Of a stretch of 64,000 nt of DNA, positions 27,301-41,270 are shown one piece after another. Under the pieces are notes generated by a model. That model was not told where the DNA came from. It was given only the letters and a program-made list of their open reading frames with translations, and ran no database searches. Position numbers and translations under genes: made by a program. Within the stretch, counting starts at the first letter, position 1; the number at the start of each line of letters is the position of its first letter. Source of the DNA: Haplodiscus bocki (Eukaryota); the NCBI GenBank assembly GCA_965655095.1, contig OZ296649.1, positions 113,584,001 through 113,648,000 of the forward strand, read 5' to 3'.

Positions 27301-29460
27301 CAGGACGATGAATGCAAGTAGCGTGTCGTCCCAAAAATGTGAAATCAATTGTGCAAACAACTAAATTCTTTTAACCCGCACAGAAAATCTCTGACAAAAA
27401 ATTTCTAAAGAACGTGTAAAGCAGTTTGATTGCGGAAGTGGGTTTCCTAAAATTGAGGGAAAAGCAATTTCCTCTAGGGTTACAGAAAGTCAAAAGTAAA
27501 TGGCCAGTCAGTCCTGTTATGTCAACGGAACTGGGCATTTACTCGTTAAATTTTTGCTTTTCAGGAGTTTTACTAAATTTCACCATAGCGAAAAATCCTG
27601 AAGTCGAAAAACTACAGGAAATCTTTCAATCTTCGGAGAAAGCGAATAAAGCCCAAATTCAAAAAGAAAGATGTCTCTCAGAGAAAAAAATTGTCATCAT
27701 GGTCACGATCTGTTTTTACATCGACAATCGCTTGGTTCATTCAAAAACCTTGCCAACAGATTTAGCACAGCCATTCCATTAGGTGCAATCAGCACAAAAT
27801 GATCTGTTTGAGAATTTGTCAAACTTTTGGTGGGAACCTAATAACCCCGAGAAAATGTTTTTTGATGATCATGTGAGGATTTCCAAAAGCAGATATAAAA
27901 TTCTCAGAAACATACTCCCGCAAACAACATTTCGAAGAATACTTCTGTCGGACAAAACAATTGGAAGTTTTTCAATAGAAGTTGCAGTCTCAAACAAAAT
28001 TGTTTCTACTTCAAGAAGTTGTTCGTTGGCATCAATTGATAAAGAGAAAGGATGGCGTGATACAAAATGATTTAGCGGAAGCCTTCTACAAAAATACTTT
28101 TACAAGTCTTGAGTAAATTTAAATCGTTGTCTGGAAATTCATACCGTATTCGACTGAAACCAGTAACATTGTTCTATTATCGTATTTTTCATGATTTTTG
28201 CAGAAATTGTCCAGAAAAACATGAAGAGTATCCCTTACAGGATTATCGGGACAACGGAAAAGCTGATAAGTGTGTCACAACGATTACAGAACGCAATCAT
28301 GCAATTAAAAAAACATTTCATAGACGTGATGATACAGCATGTTTCACAACTTTATCTGCTGTGAGGTCGTAGAACGAGCCAATCAGAAAACAGCTTTTGA
28401 AATGAAAATTGGGAGAAAACTATCGTTCCTTGACCATATGTCCAAACCAGAAATTTTTTGATTTCAGAGCCAACACTAAGTTTTCAGCCAGATGAGGAAG
28501 ATTTCCCACATGATGCGGATTCAACGATTTTAGTACGGGAAGGTGCCACAGGGTCGAATTTGGAAGTAACAAAAAAAGGACGCGTAGAAAGTATTACTTG
28601 CGTGCGAGAATACAAACATGTTATTACCAACCAATGCCTCAATCTTCAAAGTGCTATCGAAGCGCAATATGGCAAAAATACCAGATGCTTTTAACAAGCT
28701 AACCATCAAAATAGAACCTGAATGTCGGCGGGATGCGCAATTGGCTAGAAAATAGGCAACACGCAGGACCTCAGTTTTTCTTTTACCGAATACAGCAGTC
28801 ATAGCGAAACCATTACGCTTGAAGATGTATAAAAAGGAGAAGTGGAAAGCAGCAGGAAAAGATCAGTGAGATTCGCGCAGACAAAAGCCAGCTTCAAAGT
28901 TAACTGCCGAATAGTCAGATTATGGTGTATCCAGTGAAAGCCAAAACTATCGGAGAGCCAAAAACTGACTGGGAAGTAACGGGAAACAAACCATTAACAA
29001 CCCACGAAAAAGAATACCAAATTGAATGCCCGCTTTGAAGACGTTACCACTTGAAAGTTTACGAGCCGGGTTTTTGATCAACCAATTGCAGCAAAAAGTG
29101 AGTACCAAAAATTTGGCAGAGAAAAAAAAGAACCGTTGTCGGATACTGCAGAATATCGAAACGTTAAAAACAACGTTAATCTTGAGTAAAATTTTCATTA
29201 TTGATATGAAATACAACTTGAGTTCTTGTTATACAAAAATCTTTCGATGTTGAATCTTCTTTGTCAGTATTTATTGACTATCTAAATCATTCGAGGTTGT
29301 ATAGTGTCGCATATCAGAAGTCACGATCACTTCAAAGTGAAATGTGAAGATGATATCAGTCAACAACTCGCTGCGACCTGTTCCTTTCGTGTGACTATAC
29401 ACTGGTTGTCAGAAACAAGAAAAAACGATAAGTTTTATGACTGCATCCTCCTGCTTCATC
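24400..29460 (+). mobile_element. Ancient Ty3/gypsy LTR retrotransposon with two highly diverged LTRs
   Basis: RNase H remnant HKELASAKNRKKGNRTYVNRSTCWV..FSFE (26958-27194); integrase remnants FWW.., LASIDK, ITERNHAIKK and DFPHDADSTILVRE (27783-28694). LTR pair ~24400-24610 and ~29260-29458 share TATCAGAA, ATCA.TCAACAA.TCGC and TTTTATGACTGCAT.CTCCT. Confidence 0.65.
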
Positions 29461-32400
29461 TTTAGGTCTGAAACCCAATGAGACATTCATAGCATTCCCC
29501 CAAAAAATAGTACTCTGAAAAATTTTTCAGAATACTTTTTGATAAAGTGCGTTACAAAATTAGGAAAACTACAAAACACCTTTTCACAGATTGGTATCAC
29601 AGAAGGAACGAAAGGGCTTCATTCCATTGTAACACCAGGACCAAAAACACAGTATGAAAAAAAAGTAAGAAAGTGTTGATCAGTTTTTGTGTCTTGTTTC
29701 ACAAAGAAAAGGTTGAAAAAATTCAAAACACAATCCCGTTCAGACGCTGAATGCATAAATGTTACCAAAGAGCAGTTTTTAAGACCCCAGAAACTGGACT
29801 TTTGCCTTCAAGCGTTTATCCTTTTCTTACAACGGTTAAAAACTGCTGCATTTTCTTTGTTTTTTTTCGCTCAAAACCCGGAAAAGCCTCTGCACGTGTA
29901 TAGACTCGAAATTAGAGCAAATTTCTGTCTCTGTGGCCAAGGAATTGCAGCTTTGTAGCGTCAAATGACACGAATTATCTCTTGAAAAGCTCGTTTTATG
30001 AGAGAATGCCGCAAATGGGTCATTGATTAATGTAATGTACTTTCGGGAACCAATCAAACCGTACAATTTTGGACAAATTTTAAAACCAAAATTTGCCTAA
30101 TATGGGCTTCCAATGTCAAAACGACCCATAAAATGCAGAATTCAAGCAGATAAAATTAAAAAGTTAGGCTTTTAAAAAACTCGGAAAGGACACATAGAAA
30201 ACTTCGTCGACGGAAATTAAAATTTTATTGAGGGTAGTTGGATACTCTAAAGTCATGTGACATTAAAGCGTCCAACTACTCTCATTAAAATTTTTAGTTT
30301 TTGTCGACTATTTTTTCGGTTGAGAAAGTTGATAACCTGATTGTTTTGAGAATATTTCGTCCTTTTTGTAGTACTGTATCTTCCAATTTTGTTAAATTTT
30401 GTCTTTTTTTCTAAGACAGCGTTGTCAAGAAGAATCTGATCTATGCTAAGTATTGGACGTTGCCTAGATTTTACTTACGTTTTTCAAGCGGAAATTGTTG
30501 AAAATGACTACCTCCGACAAACATCTTCCCTCGAATAAATTCTAATTTGGCGCTTCAACGCTCATTGTAACGGCTGACTTAAATCCCAACAACCGATTCA
30601 AGCTTATGCTGGTCCTCGGTCCATCCTGCTTTACACTAATAAAGTAGGAATTCAATTTCTGGAAAAGACAGTATCTGGAAGTTGATGAGAAATAGCTCCA
30701 CAAGCTAGCTACTTCTAACTTTGAGCTTTTTAATCTCTAAACCTTCTCGAACTGGACAATCCTGCTGAAAATAGTTCCAACTAAGGACTAGATTCTGTTG
30801 TTGAAACTCGATTGTGAAGAATTGAACAATTCAATGTCATGTTTAGTATTAACTGCCCACTAGCAATATTCTAAATCCGTCTAACTAGCTATTACAGCAC
30901 AATATATACAGAACAAACAACAACAATATTCGAATCTTCTGAATTTATAAGGCGTGATGAAAAGGTGAATTGGTGGCAGCCAAGATCCAAATTAACATGT
31001 GGCCACCAAAAAAACATAGTTGGGGGTTAAATATCTCACAAAGTAATAATAATCATGATATTTATAAATGGTCAAGTTTACGTTAAATCTAACTCAGAAA
31101 TCATTAAAAATATCCGTTCAGATCAACCAACCAAATATCACAAAGGGGTATGTGGCCTCCAAACAAGCACATGGGATGCCCGAGCAGGTGTTTTGCGTAG
31201 GTGCGGCGTGAAAGAAGATTTCAAAGGGCTAACAAGGTACATGAAACGGGAAAATCACGCCGCAAAATATCAAAGTTGCGCACTAAATATCGCAAAAGCC
31301 CCAAATTTTTTCAATGTTGAACATCAAAACAAATACAAGAAGTCAATAGGCACTCTAATTAGTCTTAAAAGCATAAATCAATGTCAATACACTCCCGAAG
31401 GAAATAAGAAAAATGATTTAACATTTGAGACTTGCATATTTCATGCGGAAAAAGCACGTAATCGTAACATTTGCTCAGATATCTATATAAAAATGTCCGT
31501 GAGTTTCTACTGAGAGAAACATCATTAGAAGATCTTATGCTGCTTCGACGAAGTTTTCCATGCAATATGTCGTAATGAAAAAAAGCACGAGAAAGGCTTT
31601 CGAGAACTTAGCACCACTTTCAATCATTTAGAATTAGAAGACGGAAAGGGCGCCATAGGTGGTGGAAAACTTTTTTTCGCCGATTTGACTTTAACTTGGT
31701 GGATAGCTAGTTTAGCCATAATGATTACCATACTCTACAAAGCTAGATCACTGCTTTTAAAGTTACCTTGAAATTTTCAATTCCAAGGTTTACAAAGGTC
31801 TGAGGGCCATTTGAGAGTTCTGATTGGGTAAAATTGTCATTGTCCAGCATGCACTGAAACAACTCAATTTTGGAAAATAAAAGTTGTTGTTGAGACTCAA
31901 CGTTGACATTTTTAAAAAATTCAGCCGTCATCAGCAAACTCGAAGGCGCGTTATGTTTTAATTTATTTTGAGTCTTTGGCGCTAACACTCATTTGCCACA
32001 ATGTCATTTTATAGTACTTTTGAAAAAATAGAGGTGCGGGAATTTTTACGGATTTTATGAGTCACTTGAAAACTCGGACAAATTTTTGTTGCTGCAGTGA
32101 AAACATTCGAAATACAAATAGGCTAAATATTTGAGTTGTCCTTCTTTAATAAATTGTTTGCTTGCACACATTAGTGCACCGTACAAATTTTTCATGCAAG
32201 TGCAACTATAGCGCTTAAAAGATGGCGAGATAGTGAATTTGAATTGAAAAAAATCCATGTTGATGATTTAAAGTAAAAATTGAAATACTCCCTCCTTAAG
32301 AAAACGTTTAAAGAGGCTTGGCTCACCAAAAAAAGCATTCTCCTGAGTCTTGAGAAAAATGTTACTAAGCCTCACGAAGATGTACCTCTTGTTCTGAGAG

Positions 32401-33514
32401 GCTAATTTTTTGAAAAGTTATCGAATAACTTGACAAAAATTTGTGCGATAACTTTCCTTCTGAAATTTTGCACATTTTTTATGCCAAACTGCGGGTTACG
32501 AAAGTAACGCACTGATATCGTCAGGCACTCTTGCAACAAACTCCTGGAAATTTCGGAAAAGATCCTTAGAAAATTGAAAGCAACGTTTTTAAAGACCTTT
32601 GTACAATATCTGCAAAAAATTAAGGCAAGACGCCCAGTTAACTCGGGGAATTTTTCCGCCTTCCAAATTACGGATGAAATGTTGAAATGCCGTCGTTCGA
32701 ACTAAAAAATTGTTCAGAATATGTGCAAAATTGCAAGAAAAATTAACTCAAAAAAGTTCGAGATTCTCCAGCAAAAAAAGCTGAATTTTGGAGACAAAAA
32801 CTTTTTTTTGAGGACAACTACGCTAGACATATCTACAAGAAGTTTGGAAAGAATCAGTGAAACAAAAAATAGGAAAGAATACACTTTTACTTCGTCGTGC
32901 AGTTGCAACTTTGATGAAAAAAACTTGAATGTTGAACAAATGATTTTCCGGGAAAATATAAGGTATTGGCTGGAAAATAGAAAATAGTGTTTTCCTTTTG
33001 TAGGTCTCGGACTCGAAGCATCGTCATCGCTAAGTTTTGATGATTTCGGCCCACTGACATTACCCTCATTATCCTTTATAAGAACACTGGCGCGGTGTTT
33101 TGCTTGCGTTTGAAGGAATACGCCAGTCCAAGAAACATGGAACTGTTACATATTGCATCGATGCATATCGGCAAATTTTTTGATAAAACATAGAAAGTTC
33201 CGATAGCATACATCGAAATATCTTACAGAACATCCATGCAACATACAAAACTGTAAATAAATCCAATTTTTTGGAAAAATCTGATTTTTGGAACGATAAT
33301 ATTTCGATCGATTCGTTGAAACGAACTAGCATTGAGTCATTATGTTCCCAATCACAGTCAATCTGACCCAGAATCAAACTTTTCACTCGCTTTAGAGGGT
33401 GGTGGGTATTTAACTAGAGATACTTTATTTACCGAATAGAAGACTACTTTTTATTACTCTTGGATTCGATTCAATTTTTTTCGTCAATATCTCAATGTAC
33501 TCTAGGAAATTCGG

Positions 33515-35475
33515 TTAAAATTATTCGAAAAGCCCTATTTTTACATTATGATAGAAAATTTCGCGAGATGAAAGTTTTCGGAAGTCATAATAAAAAATCC
33601 GTGTAATGAATAATTTATAGCCACAACTCAATTTTTGATTGCATGTAACAATGAATACCGTGCATGGAAGTTTTACTGCATGGAAAACTTTGCAAAAACT
33701 ACCAAAGTAAATATTCAATTGATATTTTTTGAAGAACAGAACTTTGCAAAAGGTGGTTACAGAAACCTGCTCAATATGTTTTGTCTGTTGCATAGAAAAA
33801 GCACAGATTTTTCTGCAAAATGCATTAATTATTTTAAGAACTTTCATGTTGTTGTCATGCTGTAGTGAATGTAAAACTTTACATGCATTTTCAAAACTTT
33901 TCATCTTTTTACATGAAGACCATCCAAAATCGTCTAAAACCTCTATGCATCCTCGATTAGGGTATTGTCAGCGATCACTGATCTCCATTGACCTTTTTTG
34001 TCAGATAAATTCCGTACATTCGTAAAATGCGTTCGCATACTAGACCGGCACCCATTTTTCATAGTTGTAAATTTCAGAGAACAATAATCCTTTCCACCGT
34101 AACTATTTAAATTATTAATTTCATTATAGTAGTCACTCGCGTTGACTTTTGGACGCAACCCATGCGAGCATAAAAATTTTCGTAAAAGACAACGCTCATC
34201 ACAACTCGGCGAAATGAAGATTATTTTGAAAGTCGACGACATCAAAATTAGCTTCGAAAGAGCGAACGCGCCGTAATTGGAACATGGACTGAGTCAAAAT
34301 TTTAAAATGTGCAATTAGTACTAAATGAATTAACTGGAGAGCCCAATTGACGTTTTCTGATTTTTATTTTAGCACTATCTCTTCTTTCTCGACGCTTGTT
34401 GTGGTACAGTATTCCTTTTTGACAGTTGCTGAATGGTTTGTACGAGTCTGTTTTTCTGGCTATAGCAGCTAGTACAACCAACGCCTATTAAAGCGCGAAT
34501 TGGAAATTTTTGTTCAACCAACTTATGGCAATCGCGCTAGTGACGTCACCAATTTAAAAGTAATATTAGCTAGAAATGATCTCACAAGTTCCATTAACAT
34601 TTCTGATTTGGATTTTTTTCTGCGTTAATGGCTTTTTGTATTTGAATTAGTCAAATGGTTTGTTATTTTCCACTTACTTGTAATAACGCTTGATTCAATC
34701 AACAATTTTAAATTTGAATTTTCTGATCTTTTTCGTTTAGTCCCCCCCATTCCCACTGATTTAACTCATCCCCACACCATAATGGATATCCGAAATAATA
34801 AGCGGCGTAATGTTTCAAGTCATACGCGACTGAATTTTAGTCAATTAGAGACGAAATCGCTCCTGTCTTGGGGGGGGGGGTGGGGGTTAACAGAAAAGAT
34901 CCGAATTTTCAACAAAAGGTTTTCAAGTGTTGACATGTATTCCTCAGAATGACGTCAATCTAGAGATAACAGAAAAATTAGGTCGGTATCTCTGAATATA
35001 GCAACAAAGATTATGCATTCCCTAGTCGAGAGTGCATGGAGGTTTCAAAAGATTTTTGATGTTGCATTCTCTTCTCACAAAATTTTATTATAATTCGTAA
35101 AAATTTTCATTCACTGCAGCATGACTGCAGCACGGAAGTTTTTCAAAAATTTTAGATGCTCTTAGCAATAATCTGTTCTTTTTTCTACGCAATATACGAA
35201 GCATTTTGCAACTTTCTGTTATAACTTTTTACAAAATTTTTCTCCCAAAAAATTCAATTTAAGAGTTATTTTGTTAGCTTTTGCAAAGTTTTCTATGCAA
35301 TATAGAAAAACGTCCATGCATGTCATTCATTAGTACATGCAATCAAAAATATAGTTGTGGCTATAAATTATTCATTACACGGATTTTTTATTATGACTTC
35401 AGAAAACTCTCATCTTGTTCATTTTTTATCAATATGCAAAAGTAGCTTTTACTATCCGAAGCAATTTTACTACTG
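33515..35475. repeat. Inverted repeat pair (~450-bp arms at 33515-33965 and 35015-35475, ~1-kb spacer)
   Basis: GAAGTCATAATAAAAAATCCGTGTAATGAATAATTTATAGCCACAACT at 33581 is the exact reverse complement of 35353-35400; similarity continues over both arms. Confidence 0.8.
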
Positions 35476-35698
35476 TAAAGCAACTGCTTTCCACAAAATT
35501 AGTATTGAGAGATTCATCTGATCAAGATAGTGAAAATTTTAACCAAGATTGCCAAGGAATTTCCTCTTGTCTGCAACTGAAGAAAATTAACTTGGTACCA
35601 CTGAGGGGATTTAAGTAGCATGGTCCAACATTTAGATTTACAGTTTCTAAATTTTGTTTGTTGTTTTTGAGATATCGAGCTTCATAGATGGCGTCTTC

Positions 35699-36766
35699 GG
35701 TTCCACCCCAAAATACCCATACCCAAAGTCCAAAATATCCAAGGCCAAAATACCCAATCTCTCAAAATACCCAAAACCAAAATAACCAAGATTGACACAA
35801 CAATACCAATTAAATAATTAAAAGCGTCTTTACGTTAAAAGTACCCAAAACACTTACTTAATTACTTAATTGATATCTTAATTATGATGCTGAATATTAT
35901 TGCTACTTACAATAAACTTTTATACGCCATTATAAATACACTGTACAAAATTACCATATCTAGTATCAACTTTGCAAAAACTCATCATTTTGAAATTTAA
36001 AGTTATCCAGAGTACTGAAAATTTTCTTGGGGGATCACAATTTTGACTTACACTATCGAAAATTTTGAGGGTGATTTACTATTTTGTCTCACAGTGTCAA
36101 AAGTTTTGTGGCGAGAATCACAGTCATGTCTCACAGTGCCAAAAATTTTGTGAGGTAAATTACAATTTTGTCTCACAATGTGGAAAATTTTGTTGGAGAA
36201 TCACAATTTTGTCTTACAATATCGAAAATTTTGAGAAGTGATTCACAATTTTGTCTCTTGTTGAAAAATTTGAGAGTTAATTCACAATTTTGTGTCACAG
36301 TGTTGAAAAATTTGAGAGGTGAATTACAATTTTGTATCAGTGCCGAAAATTTTGTGGCGAGAATCACAGTTTTGTCTCACAGTGCCGAAAATTTTGTGGC
36401 AAGAATCTTAGTTTTGTCTCACAGTTCCGAAAATTTTGTGGGGTACCCCCCCGTGTATACCCAATTTTTTGAACAGCGCGGCTGTTTTTCTGTTCAAGGT
36501 ATTTTTCGGTGAATATTTTCGGTGACTGGTGGTATTTTATTTTGTCAGCACCATTATTCAAAACATCAATAAACTCAAGTAATTAGAGGCGTATCAAAAC
36601 TTTTAGTTCAGGACGCTGTTAAATATTTAATTAGTATGGCTATTTCAATTTTGGTTATTTTGGGACTTTGGGTATGTTGGGCTTGGGTATTTTGGGACTT
36701 TGGGTATTTTGGGCTAAGGTATTTTGGGCTTAGGTATTTTGGATTTGGGTATTTTGTCCTGCCACC
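35699..36766. mobile_element. Mutator-like non-autonomous element
   Basis: ~130-150-bp TIRs built of CCAAAATACC subrepeats; GG...CC ends; degenerate 9-bp TSD GGCGTCTTC / GGCGTTTCC (7/9). Confidence 0.65.
36020..36445 (+). repeat. Minisatellite, ~42-bp unit, ~10 copies
   Basis: Unit TTTTGTCTCACAGTGCCGAAAATTTTGTGGCGAGAATCACAG and variants. Confidence 0.9.
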
Positions 36767-37183
36767 GGCGTTTCCCTCCTTACTTTTATAACCTATTTTA
36801 TATAGAGGCGAAGTTGTGCTTCGCAACACTTGCGCCAAGAGATACTAGTGATTTTGGTGAACAAATCGACTAGATATAACTGACTTTTCAAGAAGCCACA
36901 ATACAACGAATACTACTGGTAAGAAAGTGTACAAAAATTCATTCGATTCTTGTACATATATATACAAGTAAGAAACGCAATAATATTTCATTCGCTTGAT
37001 ATTCTAAATAAGAACAATGATTTTCAAGCGACCATGGCTTAGTCAGTAAGGCATTTGAGCCTAGGCCACTCTTTTTTTTGGTCAATATCTAGGAACTTGC
37101 GTCAGCTGTGAACGGATCGGGAAAAATAATGACTGTCATAACACTTGCTTGCGCCGATGACCATTGTTTGTTTGTATCATCAG

Positions 37184-37303
37184 TCACCATGATTCGCCAT
37201 TGTTGATCTCATAGACATGTTCAATAGTTCGTGTTTCACGTTCAAACGCTTCACGGACACTATTGACTGTTGTTGTTCTGCCGTCACTAGACGATATCCC
37301 GCG
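37184..37303 (-). CDS. Possible terminal host exon (cytoplasmic-tail-like)
   Basis: Acceptor CCCTAATTCAG, then RGISSSDGRTTTVNSVREAFERETRTIEHVYEINNGESW*; EHVYE resembles a tail tyrosine motif. Confidence 0.4.
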   Translation of the reverse strand, partial: RGISSSDGRTTTVNSVREAFERETRTIEHVYEINNGESW

Positions 37304-39495
37304 CTGAATTAGGGAATCAAATTTCAGACATGAAATCCGGGTCAAACTTTTGTCCAAAAGTTTTCTACAGTAAGGGAGCCTAAAGGGACGAAAGAAGAGG
37401 AAAGTACCTGGTAACTTGTAGCAAAATAGTGGGGTATAATGGCATGGAAAAAAATGGCGTTACCGGCGTTTCGTGGAAAAATAACGTCTTTACCGGACTT
37501 TCAGAACGAAATTCTGCCGGTAGCAAACCTTCTTTGGTTAATTTCATTTTGGTTGAGAAATTGCGCCCATGATTGTATTACGTTTCTCGGCCAAGCCCAA
37601 AAACTATAACTCTTTCCAGAGGTTGAAAATTAAAATAGAAAAAGAAATTCACGAGATTCAATCTTCCGTGAAAAAGTTTCAGTTCAGTTCAGAAAATGAT
37701 AGCATATATACAACATCAAAGCCACACTATTCGGAGCGACGTTTGCCTTTTGATAGTTTCTAGACAACATTTTTTTCAAAAAATTGTAGTATTAGATTTT
37801 TGTAAGTAGAATATCTCAATGGATGTTTTATCGCAAAAACTCGTGTCCAGGCTATTATCCTTAAAATTGTCATCGGGACCAAAATTCCATAATTTAGCGG
37901 CGTCCCTTGGCGACATATATATATGTAGAAAGCACTTTTAACACCCCTGCCGAAAAGTTTCCGCTCAATTTCTTCAAATTTTTCGCTGAAAGGCGGAGTA
38001 AAATTTTATTTTTCAAAAAAAAAATCGCTGAAAATCTTCTTTGGAAACGTAGAAAAAATTTTTTGGAGAACAAATTTTGTCTAAACTTGCAGTTAATGCA
38101 ATAACAGCGGGCCCCTGCATCTTGGGGCGCCTACATTCTTATTGAAGTTTTCAGCCATTTCTCACCCATAGAAGACGGAAAATATCGCAGCGCTGCGCCT
38201 GATGTTATTATGTAATTATTTCAAATAGTATTTCGTCGTTTTAATCTCTGAAGTCAGATGAACTCAAGGAAAATAGTAACACAGGCAAAGTTTGGATTAC
38301 AAATTGGAAAATGCATGTACTTTACTCAGGAGTACTTCCGGTTTTGCATTTTATTCCTTAAAAGCGTCGCTTGTTTAATCTTCTGATTAATCCACTGAAC
38401 TCATTTGTCCAGGCCTCACCATTGCGCCAGCTGAGAAGACTATCAAAATTGAACTTGATTTCGCATCAAGCTTGCGTCGGACCAAACTCCTCGTCTGCGT
38501 ATACAAAAAACAATTCTACTAAAATATTCCCGAATACTGTTTGTTCAAATCAGTAGAATTTTTTATATTTCATCTTTTGATTTTTGTTAGAATCGGTATT
38601 TTGTTGCTGTGTTCAGTGTGAACAAATTAACGCGCGGTCTCACCAAATCTTTAACTTCAAGAGTTTCTTCATCATTTTCAACGTTTTTTTGACGAAGGTT
38701 CGGCGTGGTTGCAAAATAATTCAAACCCGTTTGGGTTGCTACGCACAAACAATGACCCTTACTGAAAAAAGTAATTTGGAATAATTTTGTCGCCACGAAA
38801 ATTTTCATTAAGCAGCCTCAAAGTTGGTTAGACACCTTTTTTGGAGCCTAACAAAGAGTTGAAATTTACTTCATCTCTATCATGCCTCTTTTGAAAATAA
38901 ATTTGACTTTTGCCTCATCGTGAAATATTTTCTAACAAAACTGAGTTCTTCTCCAAAACAGAGTTCAGAAGAGACAGCTACCCAGAAGACTGGAGACCTA
39001 GGAAGCGACAAATTTTTTCAGCTTTTGAGCCAGTGTAGGAGAGACGAAACCTTGATACTGACGACATAAGTAAATTTTTTAAGGTGAGATTTTCGCAAAA
39101 TGTACTGCTCAATTTTCTTCAAAAAATTCTCCGTGAGTTGAGAAATCTAAGCTTTGCCTCGAATCTGAGGCATAATTGGAATTTTTTTAAAATGAGCTCT
39201 GGCGAAAATTTTGACGCAAAACTGACAGCACAGTCAAATTTTGAGTGGAGGTCAGTGATCCTGATTAATCATTCCTTCAAACTGCATCGCAGACGTCAAA
39301 ACCCTGGAGGACCTCCAACAGTAGCTATTCTCAAGTCCGAAAAAAATTCGGTTTGCATAAGTTCGAGAAGATAATTTATCTGGATTGGAATACTTATCAG
39401 TATTAAAACCAGTGCCTTCAGTACTTCCATATCGTCCATTCCGCTCGCTACGCCGTCGATATGGACGTGCTCCTGTTAAGCTTGTCGTTACTTAC

Positions 39496-39775
39496 CTGGC
39501 GTTTTATTTACAATTCGATAGTTGAAGTCTTGTCTCACCATGTTTAAATTAACTGGTTCGAAGATGCGCGTGCATGTAAACTGCTTAAATTTGATTGGCT
39601 GATTTTTGTTTAACGCAAGTGTTTTTCGGACCTGTGAACCGACACCTTTAAATAATAATTCAAACGGATGATTGATGCTGTAATTCGATTCTGAACACTC
39701 CATTTGTATCAAGTGTCCCTCTACAGCTTTTGCAAATTCAACAGGAGCAGTACAGTAAAAAATTCGATCAGCCAT
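39496..39775 (-). CDS. Possible first coding exon, product unknown
   Basis: ATG-initiated 93-codon frame ending at a consensus donor CCAG|GTAAGT; no recognisable family. Confidence 0.3.
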
Positions 39776-39896
39776 TTAACCATTTAAAATCTGCACTAGC
39801 AAGACCAATCAAGGACGAACAACGTAGATTAAAAGTAAAGTGAAAACGCTCAGTGCCGCACTGAATTTTTCCTAAAATCAGAAAAAAAGGGATATT

Positions 39897-40042
39897 TAAA
39901 GCATGAATTAAACGACAAGAAAAAATGTGAGAGAAATTCTCTGAGCAGTAAAGCGATGATGTTTGATATATAAATCAAACATCGCTTTACTGCCTATAGA
40001 ATTTCTATCACATTTTTTTCTAGTCTTTTAATTCATGCTTTA
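39897..40042. repeat. Near-perfect foldback palindrome (~70-bp arms, ~5-nt loop)
   Basis: TAAAGCATGAATTAAA...GCAGTAAAGCGATGATGTTTGAT / ATCAAACATCGCTTTACTGC...TTTAATTCATGCTTTA. Confidence 0.85.
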
Positions 40043-41270
40043 CATTTTCCGCTTCTAAAAATGTCTCCACGACTTTTATCTAAAGTAATGTCTAAATTTA
40101 GATTACTTAGCACTAATTTAGATAAAAATCGTGGGGACATTTTTCGATCAAAAATATGCAAGTAGATTATATTATCGCAGTTTGATTATTACTTGTGCTA
40201 TTGGTAGCAGAATTTCAATGAGTTCAGGGTTGATACCTTTTGAACTCCTACCAAAACGAAAGTTTATAGAAGTGGAAGTGAAAGTTGAAAGTTGGAGCTG
40301 TGCAACAGCAACTATGCCTATTTGGAATTCGACTTCATTAAATTTTTAAATTAGCATTTCAATTGAAATAAATATTTTTGAGTGACCGTAAAATATTTGA
40401 ATAGTCGATTTGACAGATATGAGTCGTTCCAAAAAACGACTCCGGGTTTTTTTTGCAACAACAGACCACTATTGGTTGTTTCGATAATCCTTGCTTCGAC
40501 TATCCAAAAATTTTGATTGGTAAGTAATTTTTTGAGCCGATAGGATTACGTAGTTGTAGTAGCTGAAAAAAATACAAACGAAATATAGTAACCAGTCAAA
40601 ATAAAATACATAACGATATTAACAAATTGTTAGAAAGTGTATAGAATTTTAGGACAGTCGGTGAAATTATTTTCAAACTGATTCGTCGTCGTAAAAAGTG
40701 ACGCGAAAAGTGAATAAAATTGCGAGTTGTGGCTTGTGGTTATTAGTAGTCGAGTGATTCTGTATTGAATGTAACTTTGGGTGAAGATATGGGGAAGCGA
40801 AAACATTTTCAGAAGATTGATTAATTGATTAACTCAGAAAATGAAAAAATCCGATACTTGAAGAAATTGTTACAATTATTTTGAAGCTGGAACTTTTTTT
40901 AAGTCGGCATGTCATCGAAATATTGATGATTTCATAAACTTCAAGATTTTACAAGAATATTTTACGGATTTGTCCAAATTTTGGAGCAGGTGCTGTACAA
41001 TGTTTCTTCAAATGAGTTGACTTCAAACAAGTGAAGAAACAATGAACAACACCTGCTCTAATATTTATATTAACCGAAAATGAAAATTTTAATTCAAAGT
41101 TACAACAGAATTAATTTCCTGATCACAGTTTAATTTCATTTTAGGATGCCTTCAATAAATAAATCAAGAGGTTCGTCTGTTCCAAGGTTTTCCCCTTGAT
41201 ATTTTGGGCAATATTCTAATCTGACTGCATCAACAAAGTACTCAGTTAACGTGCAAAAAGGGTAACCGAG

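Noticed and set aside
31055-31513. 152-aa plus-strand ORF
   Set aside because: No family motif or splice support visible.
36020-36445. Regularly spaced repeats resembling a CRISPR array (also 59705-60540)
   Set aside because: Inter-core segments are mutually similar, repeats are degenerate, there are no cas genes, and the context is eukaryotic.
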